A DNA stretch of 53,837 bases from the NCBI GenBank assembly GCA_013265495.1, contig MU058423.1:5130793-5184629 (forward strand). Direction: 5' to 3'. The notes below the pieces were generated by a model that ran no database searches, was not told the origin of the DNA, and saw nothing but the letters and a program-made list of their open reading frames with translations. The stretch comes from Vicugna vicugna. Lineage: Eukaryota. The position numbers and the translations under genes are program-made. This document shows, piece by piece, positions 11,051 to 22,460 of the stretch (positions are counted from its first letter, which is position 1; each line of letters opens with the position of its first letter).

Positions 11051-12299
11051 AAGTAGTTAAGATGTAATATTAAACTATATTTATTATATTATATAGCCCA
11101 TGTTCTTTTTAAAACCACAACGGAGAATTCTGGGGCTAAATTTATGCTGGTACTACCATCTCAGGGTTCAGTTCATTTTCAGTTATACTACATGGAATGA
11201 ATGATCTGTCTGTGTTAGGAAAAAATCCGACCTACATAGTCATTGCCTAAATGTGCTATCGCACAGGACATTTATAGAAGCAAGTATTGTTAGGAAATGG
11301 GCCATTCTAATATCTTATGAGTTTATATGTGATTTGAGGCTAGTCATTTGTAGATTGGGTAGTATATGATGTTTCTATGTGGACAGAGTCTGTGATCATG
11401 GCCACAGAAAAATGCTATTGCACTGTGACTATAGAAAAATTAACTGCCATCTTTACTACCCTGCTTTATACCAGTCTCTGTATTAGTTAACTTTTGCATT
11501 AATTCATTGTAATTATTTATTCTAACCTGCGTATGGAAGCTAGAAATCTTCTTTTCATCATGAAATATTTTGACTCAAAGCAGTCCTATGGGTTTTCCTT
11601 TCTTCAGTGTAATCTTATTTCTTGTAACTTTTAGTGAAATATATAACCTTATATAGTCAATTCCTGGGTAGAAATAAGACAGATACATACCGTGGACATT
11701 TTAAGTGAAGTATTACTTTTTGCATACAATCCACTTACACTGGGGACAAGTAAAGTAACAAAAATAAAGTATGTTGGTAAAATCAAGAGCAAAGTTACTT
11801 TAAATTGAATTTAAAGCATAACCAGAAAACACAATTTTAGACGTATCACAGCTAGAACTGGTCCTGACTTGGCCCTGATGAACTTCTGAGTAGTTATGCT
11901 TTTTCTTCTTTATCAGAAAGACCAATCTCTGCCATCCTTTCCAGTAGTTAAACAACAGAGTAGAATAACTATCTTGTAGATTAAATAGATTTTTAAACCC
12001 TTTTACCTTCTTGCAAAAGTGTTTACTTCTTGTGAATCTAGTATACATTCTTCCTACCTCATTTCTTGATTTTATTTGGATGGAGAAATGTGATAAGCTT
12101 AACAAAAAACAAACAAATGAAGAAAAATTCTCCAAGTCATCCTTTCATAAAGGTTGAACAATGAGATGGAACTGAAACTTCTGGAAGATTCTTTAAAAGG
12201 GACTTTCTCATCTGGAAATGGCACCCACGTGTCCTTCCTGCAACGGGGACCAAATGGTAAAACAACAAAAACAAAAACAACACTTCAAACACTTCAAGT

Positions 12300-12427
12300 G
12301 TTTTCAGAACCACCAAACCAGTCCTGGACTGGCTCCCTCTGGAACTATTTCATGTGAGATAATAAACTCTTAATATAAACTAAAAGCTTGACCAATTTAC
12401 TTCTTTGTTACATGTTGAATGCAATTT
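12300..12427 (+). mobile_element. Old ERVL/MaLR LTR 3' fragment
   Basis: cctggactggctccctctggaac...tgtgagataataaactc...tttgttacatg. Confidence 0.5.
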
Positions 12428-13429
12428 CCAGGTTACAAATTTGCTCTCTTTGTGTATCAGGGACTGTATTGTTTTTACTTATTTCTTCCTTTTTTCTAAT
12501 ATTCAAATCATCTCTTCACACTAACATCAATATAATTAATTATTGTGCTTCAGTTCTATCCAGATTTGCATGTTATTCTTAGACTATAGTTCACGTAAAT
12601 AGATTGGAGAATGTAAATTGTTTATCAAAATGGATTCAACAACACAGGTTAATTGATGTTTTTAGTAATATAGTTTTAGGAGCATACAGATGTTTTACAA
12701 ATACTTGAGAGTTGATATAGAACTTTAAAAAAAATACATGTATTTAGGACTCACATATAAAACCAAAGTTATAGTTGCTATTTATAAAGAAAAGTGTGAT
12801 GGACTTAAACAGATACACGGGTGAAACAATAATGATCAGCCACTGACAGAGTTCTGCTCCCTGAAGCATACAGAGTCTCAGTTGTGCTTTACCCACAGCT
12901 CTTCAAAAGATTTTTGATCCTTAGATAAAGAATTTGTTAATACTTTAAAGTTTCAAACTTAAGATCTATAAAGATTTTTCTTATTCTGAGTCTGATATGT
13001 GATAGTTTTACTTAAGCGAGAAAATTCCTGCAATAGCTAAACCAACAACTCACCCCAGGCATTTTGGGGATACTAACACTACAGTGGAAAAATATAAGAG
13101 ATGTCCGAAAAAATGTAGTTAAGGGTATAATTCAATGAAAGAAAAGAAATGACCTGAAGATTGGATACTTTATGAGTTCACACTGAGGGAGATTCAATTC
13201 TTTTCCTGTTCTTAAAACTTCTATTATTGCCCCCTCATAATCTTGCCTAACTCAAGGTGTAAATTTAATATTATGTTCATCATAAAATATGTTCTTGATA
13301 TCTCTTAATAGCAATGAATTTGGTTTTTTTTCTTTTCTGTCTTATTGCATGTTGGTTTTGCCTTTTTTTTTTTTTTTTTTGGACTCTATCTCATTTTAAC
13401 TTACATTGTTACCTGTGGTTTTTCTTTTC

Positions 13430-13555
13430 TTCCCTACTGGGCTGCAAGTTTTTAGAACCCATTTGTATTTTATTCTTCCTTAGAATCTCCATCATTCAGT
13501 TTCTTTCAATAGTAGCTGCTCAGTTAACATGTTTGAGCACAACCATGAATGACTA
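13430..13555 (+). mobile_element. L2 3' tail
   Basis: ctactgggctgcaagttt...atagtagctgctcagttaacatgtttgag...atgaatga. Confidence 0.65.
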
Positions 13556-13856
13556 AAGGAAATCTCGTACTATAACTGTGTCTAGAGAGGAAAGTACTAT
13601 CACAGCATGCGAGACTGAAGGAGATTATGAAGTTCAGGTCCCCAGGCATTCCCAGGGTGCTTGTAGCTCAGGTGCTTTCTCAAGACATCTAGCAGCTGGG
13701 AGTGTCCCCTGTAGTGGCACCTGCATGGCCTGAGGGATATGGATAATGGACAACCACTCTTTTTGCTTGATCATGCTTCTATAGGCCTGTGGAATTATCT
13801 CTTAAAAATGAATATTCCTGGGATACTCACCTCTCCTTCCCATTCTGATTCAATTA

Positions 13857-14231
13857 CAAGGTACCTCCCGCTTTTGAAAGTTTGCTTGTGCCACTTCACT
13901 TTTACAAAAGACCTATTTTAGTACTTTTTGCTAATTCAAAGAAATCTGAAAAGAATTTTTCCCTTTTATGAAAAAAGTTGAAAAGTGAAAATAGCATCCA
14001 ATGACTATTTTGCAGCTAGCACGAACCCCAGGCAGTCAGAGTGGCACCAAGTCCTTCCCTGGGACCTACACTCAGACTCTCATCATTAAGCCACCATAGC
14101 TTTGAACTGTCTCTGAGCATCTGTGCTTTATCTTGATATGTCTTAAGGTAACTGCTTCTTCACTTCACCACATTTCTGCTTATCATAGGTGTCATAGGAA
14201 CGCTCTATTTTCAGATGGTGGGGGAAATCTA
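13857..14231. mobile_element. Non-autonomous TcMar/Tigger-like DNA transposon
   Basis: TA on both flanks (13855-56, 14232-33); degenerate TIRs caaggtacctcccgcttttgaaag versus the reverse complement tagatttcccccaccatctgaaaa. Subfamily not identified. Confidence 0.65.
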
Positions 14232-15609
14232 TATTATGGAGTGAAGCCCCAGGGTCTGAATTATTAAAATCAATTTAGGCAATATTCATGTAGATGGCCC
14301 AGACATTATCTTTCGGGAAACATTGTTTCTAATTCTTTTCTTCCTCATATGGTTGGTTGGTAGCTTCTAAACAATCCCCAACCCCCTTTACATCACTTAC
14401 GGAAAAGGGAAAATTAAAAAAGGAAAATATAGGAAGGATGTGTCCTGGCAAAACTTCAGCTGTAATGGTAGTGAAATGATTTGACAAGAATTTAAACAGA
14501 AGTTATAGTTTCCTGCTATCAACCAAGCTGCAGAGGAATTCTGTCTGTGAACAAGGCTGTGCATCATATTACTAATATTTTCATAATCCACAACTTTTTT
14601 TTTATGAGGAATGTATGATAGAGTCCAGATACATGGCTGAAACAATAATGACCAACCACTGGCGTTCATATGATTCCAACTCAAAATAACTCAAAATGCC
14701 CGATAAATTTCAACATTAGCATAATTTTCTTTACTGGGAATTAGAAAACACAAACTTGAGTTAGAATGACATTACTTCATTTTATGAAATCTAAATTCTT
14801 GATAGGAATATTGTAAAGAATAGAATTCTCATTTTTTTGCTCCCTACTTTAAAATGTTTAATAATTTTATATATTATGATTTCAATACTTAAAAATAGAA
14901 AGTGTTACAAAGCAAAAAATCAACTATCCGTTTGGGGGTTATTTTTTTTTTATTCTACCACAATGCATGTTATTTATTTATTTTATATCATATGATTTAC
15001 TTACTACTTTTTTTTTTTTGAGGGAGAGCTTTATTTCATTTTTAAAGTTCTGAGTGCATAGCTTTGCACTTTAAAATATTTCTTTTTTCTGACATTTAAT
15101 TATCTTCAGTAAAATTGGAATTAAATTAATATCTTTTGTTGGTTATATTAAAATATTCAATTTATTTTTCTATCTGTATCTTGTACAATAAGACTTATCA
15201 GAAAGTTAGACCATTTTCCTGTCTAAAATATATTCTATTTAAAAATGTATTCATATTTAACTGTGATATAACATTTGTGGTGTAATTTTAGAAAGACATT
15301 TCCTGATCATTTTTATGTCACATATATTCACTTAAAAACTGGTTCTGGTAGAGTTGTATTATGGGATAAATTGATTGCTAAGCTGTTAATCCAATGACTA
15401 TGTCATTTAAGTAGCTATTGGTCTTCCAGGTAGTAAATTTTTCTTCAAGAAATATTATTTTTTAATCCTTAATTTATTTTCTACATGAATTTTCTCACTG
15501 GTTTATTTCAGTTTTCTCATAATATTCCAGAGAGAGGAAACTTTAAAAAGTATGTATGACAGAATTAATTTTATACCCATGAAAATTTGAATTTGTGATT
15601 AATCATTAT

Positions 15610-15840
15610 GCTAGCTAAGATTTATTGGCTGCCTAATATACCAGGCTCTAAGCTAAGTGTTTTACATATGTTAGTTTCTTTATCACTTTCAAAAATCTCA
15701 CAAACAAGGTACTATTATTAATTTCATGTTACAGATGAAGACAATGAGCTGATTCAAGTAAGATGCTGCAGGACATAGAACTAGAAAGTAGCAGAGTTAG
15801 GACTTAAACCCAGCCAGTCCAACTCCACGGACTTCACTGT
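15610..15840 (-). mobile_element. MIR SINE
   Basis: atttattggctgcctaatataccaggc...aggtactattatt...ttacagatgaagacaatgag...ggacttaaacccag. Confidence 0.88.
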
Positions 15841-16248
15841 ATCTGGAATGATAATGGGTATCTGTATAAAGCCTATTATTTATGGAAGGAGGAAATTTCC
15901 TGTTTCTATTTTTTTTTGTATTTTGGATGTTTTGTCACCTTTTCTAGCACAAAAAAAGAGTCAGAAATACAAGCGTCTTGAAAAGAATAGTTTATGTGGA
16001 AAAATTGCCAAGTATTGAATAACCAAAAAGAAAATGCAAAAGGCATTTGTAGACAAAACCAAAAACTCCAAAATGTTTTGCAATGTTGTTAACTGCTGTT
16101 CTGAAAACAAAAACTATGTTTCTAATAGAATAATTTTATCTGCAAATGTTATATATTCTCAGATATCACCATTCTAAAGTCAAGGATGAAATTATCTTTT
16201 TAGGAAATCTGTAGTTTACAGGAAAAAAACAAAAGTTTTGTTTAATTC

Positions 16249-16330
16249 GAGGATGAGAATTAGACAAGGTGAATAAGGTTCTTTTTTTTGAGGATGAGAA
16301 CTAGACAAGGTGAATAAGGTTCTTTTTTTT
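16249..16330. repeat. 41-bp tandem duplication (2 copies, 1 mismatch)
   Basis: gaggatgagaa(t/c)tagacaaggtgaataaggttctttttttt at 16249-16289 and 16290-16330. Confidence 0.97.
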
Positions 16331-17369
16331 CTTTTTTGACTGTTCTTTTTAATTCGCAGTGCCTGTATTTCTTTTTTCCCTTCCTTGGTGGGATGTTATC
16401 TGCATATCTACTTATAATGGAGACAGGTGTCAGTTTTGCTTCCCTGTTAGTGATCTTGGACAGATATCAAGTATATCAAAAGGCAAGCAAATAGAATGCC
16501 ATTTAGTTTACTCTATAAAATGGTCACAGGTAAACTCAATTGAAAAATACTCTTATTAACTGGCTTCTGGGGTCAATGTCCAAGAGATAATTTATAAAGC
16601 TCATAGATCCAAGATAATTTATGAAGTTCATGTGTCCAAAGCTATGTCAACAAATGGAAAAATGGCCCACAAAAATAGGCAAGAACATGTATTAGGCCAT
16701 AGAGATATGGATAGGAGCAAAGTGCGGATTTAGTAGATCTGAGGGCATGGCATCATTCTTTGCATTAGTCACTTGAAATTTGTGATCCCTGATCCTTTGG
16801 GCTATAGTAGTAAGACACAGGGTCTGTCATTTAGGAAGGATGGCAATGGGCAAATGAGACCAGCTCTGATTTGTATCTTGGGTGAAACCCCTGTTTCTTC
16901 TACTTTTTCTTAAGGTTGACTTCCCTCAGTGTCTGACACCTGACTGACGTTACCTCAAGACTGTGAACCCATCAAACTCCACAATTTCTTAAATCAGGCT
17001 CAGAGACCAATGCTACAGTCACTAGACTAAAGCTTTCTGCCTAAAGCTACCTAAAATCATGTCAGTTGAGAGACGAGCGTTTCTCGCTAATGTATATGCC
17101 TTTCCAAATTCCAAATCATGAGAAAGATGAGTCACAGAATTGGGAAAATTCCAAAAAAAAATTTTTTGGCTGAAAGCAAAAGCAGGAAATGCTGATATGC
17201 AGAGTCAAAGGTCAAGGTTGTCATTTTTGAGAACAGGAGCAGGAGCTTATCCAAAGAAGCTTTCAGGGTCTAATCAGTCATTCTTTCTTGTACCTGTTGC
17301 TATGCAATCTGTGTGTTTGTGATTGTGTTTTCTGGTGATTATGAGTCAGTCTTGTAAATAAAATTAATA

Positions 17370-17403
17370 TTAATAGGTAAGATTAATAGGTAAGATTAAT
17401 AGG
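17370..17403. repeat. 13-bp tandem repeat (~2.6 copies)
   Basis: ttaataggtaaga ttaataggtaaga ttaatagg. Confidence 0.92.
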
Positions 17404-18179
17404 CATGTATACTTTATCTAAGTCCCATGAATGGTATTCCAAGAAATAGAAAAGTTTTGAAAGCAAAATAAGTCATTAAATTCACAATTTTTGGTGTGTG
17501 ATTCTGTGCTGTGCTATAAACCTTGCTAGGAGATCTTAATTGCTTTTTGAATACCCGATAATATTCACTGGTATTTTCCAGCATTTGAATTATTCACTAT
17601 AGGTCACAGTTCTTTGTAAGAACCTTAGAAGAATTAGTAATTCTTTGTTAAACAATTTTCAGATGTACCTAATAATTAATAAAAAGTATGTAGAATGTTG
17701 GGAATATTTTAAAGAAGGATAAAGGAAATCCATCAGCTTACTAACAGATACGTTTTTAATCACCACAATGGAAAGTATCATTGACTAAAGCATTTCATAG
17801 GCATCTTGAACATACTGATAATATACCAACGCAAAACTCTGATAATCCTTTGAGCCAATGCCTACTGCTGTTTACAAATCAGGGAAAATTTGTGATATAT
17901 CAAGGGACAGTATTTAGAAAAAAATTGTAAGATATTTTCTATAGTAAATAGATTATCTATCAGCTCCACCTCAAGGACTTAAGTGAGTTCTTGAGAATTC
18001 TAAGTAATTCTAATTTCTTGTTTCTAAATCTCAAACATTGATATCTTTTGGATCTTTGGAAATACTGGCTTGCATTAAGTAGGTACTGCCCAGGTTAGGT
18101 ACATAAAAATCTCTGACTTCTGAATGAACACAATGCGGATCCAGTAGATTTAGTTTCCTGATGTCATTTTTCCAATTTA

Positions 18180-20050
18180 GTGAAATGGATATTTATTATT
18201 TTAAAAATCTCTTCTGTTCTAATATTTACATGTAAGTTTACATATTTTCCTATAAATTTGTGTTTTATGAACGAAACACATTTTATGTATTATTTCCATT
18301 GTTATGCAGTTCAAAATATTGCCTGACACCCACTGTGATTTCTTCTTTAATCTATGTATTTCTTAATTGCAAATTATATAGGGAATTTTATAATTATCTT
18401 TTTGTTACTGTTTCTAACTTATTTCCACCATGGTTAGAGAGCACACTTTGTATAATCGTAATCCTTTGAAATTTTCTGATTCTTGATTAATAAAGATATG
18501 CATATTTTTTTGAAAATGTTCCAAGGATACTTGTAAAGAATGTGCATTCTGACTTCTGGGAAGCAGTTTCCTATATTTCTCAATTAGACCTTTTTTGTTA
18601 ATCAAGCTTCTCTAAACTTCTAAATCCTTAGTGATTTTTGTGTAATTATTTTGTGTCATTATTCATTAAGTGTGCCAAATCTCACAGTATGAATGTAGAC
18701 TTGTCTGTTTTCCCTTTTATTTTGGATCTGTTTTGTTTAATCTATTTTGAGACTGTTATTGGTTGCATACAAATTTATAAATGTTAAATCTGATGACTTG
18801 ATCTTTTATGACTATGAAGTGTTCTTTATTAGAATAGTTAGAATAGTTTTTGCTTTACAATCTGGTTCTCTTAATATAACTACAGTAGCTTGATTTTGAT
18901 CAACTATGTAGTGGTGCTATCTTTTTCACATTTTGTTTTTACTTCTGATCTTTCTGTATTACATTTGAAGTGTTCCTAAATGTCATATAATTGATTTTTT
19001 AAAAAAGTTGAGGCAGACATATTTGCATTTCATCTATTTATATTTAATTTAATCACAGATATTTTGGTTTCAATCTACCTTCTAAGTGTTTGCTTTTTGT
19101 CTTCATTCTATTCTTTTTTCTCTCACTTCCCCATTATTCTGGATTGATTATACTTAACTATTTCTTCTCACTCTCCTATTTAGATTGTTAATAATACAGT
19201 CTTTTCATATTCTCTTTGCAGTTACTTTACTAATAACAATCTACAGCCTTACTTATGAAATGTAAGGTAAATTAATACTTTCCTCTCTTCAACAATACAA
19301 AGAACTAAGAACGGTTTAACTCCATTTATGTTGCTCTCAATTTACCTGTTTTAAGACTTACATTTTAATTCTCTATATGCATTTAATTTTCACATGTTTA
19401 TTTCTGCTTATAAGTAGCTTAGATTTTGTTCTATACTTTTTTTGTTTTCTGAATATCCTTTCTTCCTTTTGAAAGTATTATTGTTTCTAAAGAACATTCA
19501 GTTTTAAATCTTAAAATAATCTTATTTGAACTCTGATTTTGCAGAACTTTTTACTGAGTTTGAGATTGAAAATTTCCAACTTGTTTCAGCAAAAGATATA
19601 ATTTCATTGTTTTTTCCCTTCTTTGTTTTTTATTAAAAGCCAGATATCACTGTAATTCTGCTCCTTTTGAGTAGTCTATTATTCTTCTCTGGCAAGCTTT
19701 ACAGTTTTTATCTTGACTTTGACTTCGGCACTTTTACAACGATACGCCTGTTTGGTTTCTTTTGTATTGGTCCAGGTTCATAGGTTTAATGTCTTCCCAG
19801 GGTTTTACAAAGCTGTCAGTCATTATTGACTCATATATTGCCATTGAGCCACTATTTGTTCCTTCCTTGTAGGATTCTAATTATACACATGTTAGGTTTT
19901 TTCAAGGTATCCCTTCCGTGTCTTTACCTTTCTTCTGTATTTTCCTTTGTTTTGTGTGTCTGAGTTTCAGTCTCAGGTTTTCTTCTGGTCTTCTAATATC
20001 TATTCTAATGCAATAATTATTATTTCAGCTGTATGTAATCCCCGTTACAA
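18180..20050 (-). mobile_element. Old L1 (L1M) fragment spanning ORF1 3' part to the ORF2 endonuclease region
   Basis: T-rich antisense L1 motifs: aaatgttccaaggatacttgtaaagaatgtgcattctg, ttattggttgcatacaaattta, ggattctaattatacacatgttag. Confidence 0.8.
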
Positions 20051-20054
20051 CGAT

Positions 20055-20400
20055 CCATTGACTTCTTTGACACCACTGTATCCTGATTATCTTCCCACTT
20101 TACCAGATGATTCTTCCCACTTTCCTTTGAGGATTTATCTTCTTTTACCAAATCTTTAGGTGTTGGAGTTTCTTTATTCTTGATCTTAGACTCTCAACTC
20201 TCTTACTCTTTTAAAATTAATTACAAGAGTCATAAATTCAAATATTTAACTGCCTATTTATACCTTCCTCTCCATTTTTCTCTTCAGAGTTGAATGGCTG
20301 TATATCAAAATACCTAAATTTGTCAGGCATCTTGTCCCATAAATTTTCTTCTTTTACTTCTGTTTCTTCATGAGTTCCATTTCTGCTGACTCCTTCTCTT
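20055..20400 (+). mobile_element. L2 fragment
   Basis: ttgacttctttgacaccactgtatcctgattatcttcccac...gtgttggagtttct resembles L2 ORF2. Confidence 0.55.
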
Positions 20401-20481
20401 CATGAATTGAAATGCTTTTATCTTAATAAAAATGTATCTTAGTAAAATATACACAACTGGTTCTAACAGTGAAAGCACTAT

Positions 20482-22460
20482 GAGTGCTTCACAATAGAAC
20501 TGTAATGTAAATCACATATATAATTTACATTTTTCTAATAGCCACATTTAAAAAATAAAAAAATAGGTTAAATTAATTTCATTAATATATTTTTATTTAA
20601 TACACTATATCTAAAATATTACCACTTTAATAATACACAAACTTTTATTTTGGGAGGGTGGGGACGGGGGAATGGTAGTCAATAGATAAAAACCCCCAGT
20701 TACAAGTCAACACTAGAGATGTAATGTACAACCTTATAAATATATAATATAATATAATGTACAACCTTATAAATATAATTTCCAGATCCATGTTAGATCT
20801 GGAAAGTTGTTAAGAGAGTACATACTAAGAGTTCTCATCAGGAGGGAAAATATTTTTTATTTTTCTTATTTTGTATCTATATGAGATGATGGATATTCAC
20901 TAAACTTATTGTGGTAATCAGTTTGTGATGTATGGAAGGCAAATTATAATGCTGCCCACCTTAAACTTATATAGTGCTGTATGTCAATTACAGATCAATA
21001 AAAATGAAGGGAAAATATTATTGAGATATTCTCTCTATATTTTTCTTTCCAATTTTTTTTACAATTCAGTGTGTAGTTTATAATTACAACATACCTCAAT
21101 TAAGACTGAATTTTTGTTGGAAATACATGATATATATGCAAGTTTCATCAAATTAATAGTTTAAAAAAGTAGGTTCATAAACCCAAGTTTTTCCAAATGT
21201 TTTACTTCAGTGTTTTCTTAAAAACAAATCAATTACCAAAAAAATATAGTTTTCTTTAATATCTTCATTCTATATACAAACTGGCTCTTTTTTAGTAGAA
21301 TTGATTTGGCTTTAAAGTAAAGGCATATCCATTTAAAAACTACATATGACCAAGTTGCACAACTTCTCTATTACTTTTGTTAGCTTAATGTTATTTTCAT
21401 CAAACTGAAAATGGTACTGCCTAAACTGAAAGCCATTCTAACTTTATCAATACCAAAAAAAACTCTCTTAGAATTTTCCTTCTTGCTTTTAGGTAAAGTA
21501 TATGACTCTGTGGATTATAAGAAAAATATTTTGCATATTGACTCATGTTAGAAAAATTACACAGAATTGTGATTATTGAATGTATTATGTACAGTTTCCA
21601 TTTCAACAGTGTCTCTTCTATTACATACTCAAGCTGTCTAGCTAGATCACACTAAGCCTTCTCTTTCATTGGTGCTTCAAATTTTCTTGTTTATTTGCAG
21701 TGTGATAGCAGTGAAAAAACACAAATCACACTGCCATTGTTTGTCTGCCATTATGGAATAATCGGCAAGGGTTTGTTTTATTTTATGAAAAATCTTGAAT
21801 TTGACTTAATGGCATACTAAATCTTTGTAAGACTCTTCACAACTCAACCCATGAACATTGTCAACAGACAGGATATCAGTAAACAGACTGTCTAGCATTT
21901 CTGTCAGTGGTTCCATAAACTGGTGATTTTTCATAGTACTTGCATGTATATACTAAAACTTTTTAACAGCTATATTCCTGACAATTTTCACATTTTTCAC
22001 TTCAGAAAATTTAGTACAAATATTTTCAATAGGGGGCATACAATGCAATAAAGTTTGGTAAATATTAGTTTCTTTTAAAATTCCAATAAATCTGGAAGAC
22101 TGTCTTGTGGTAATTTTTCTTTGACAGATGTAAATTTGAATCTGAAAAAAATACCACAAATATTAATAGATCAATGTCTCATATTGCACAATTAATCTAA
22201 GTCTAAAATAAGAAAACTTAAAAATTTTCAATCAACTGATCATTGATATCACTAGAAAGATCTTTTATTATGTGAGCAATTGTTTGGCAACTTAACTGAA
22301 AATCTTTCACTTTTTGTAAAATGTTTATATCATTTTCTTTTATTCCTAATATTTAAGCAAAATTTCCATAACTGAATTGATAATTTCCTTTTGTCATCTA
22401 TCCATATAATCACAATATTTTATTATTCTGAATGAGCTCTGAAGGCCAACCATTTAAATG
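20482..22460 (-). mobile_element. hAT DNA transposon (Charlie5/MER33 family) with decayed transposase
   Basis: Terminus agtgcttcacaatagaac...tttctaatagccacattt matches the MER33/Charlie5 end; ORF 21953-22159(-) SRFIGILKETNIYQTLLHCMPPIENIC matches the Charlie transposase G-F...HCxxHxExxC region. Confidence 0.85.
20652..21015 (+). mobile_element. L1 3' UTR fragment (L1MA9/10-like) inserted in the Charlie element
   Basis: ctagagatgtaatgtacaac, aaagttgttaagagagta, accttaaacttatatagtgctgtatgtcaatta...aataaaa. Confidence 0.85.

Noticed and set aside
13314..13556. Hydrophobic ORF resembling a membrane peptide (similarly 49096-49386)
   Set aside because: The F/L richness comes from poly-T tracts and decayed L2/L1 sequence.
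13700..13722. CTCF site (reverse complement GCCACTACAGGGGACAC)
   Set aside because: Mismatches at core positions of the CCASYAGRKGGC consensus.
16249..16640. Short direct repeats as a CRISPR-like array
   Set aside because: Only two adjacent copies each, no spacers, and the DNA is mammalian.
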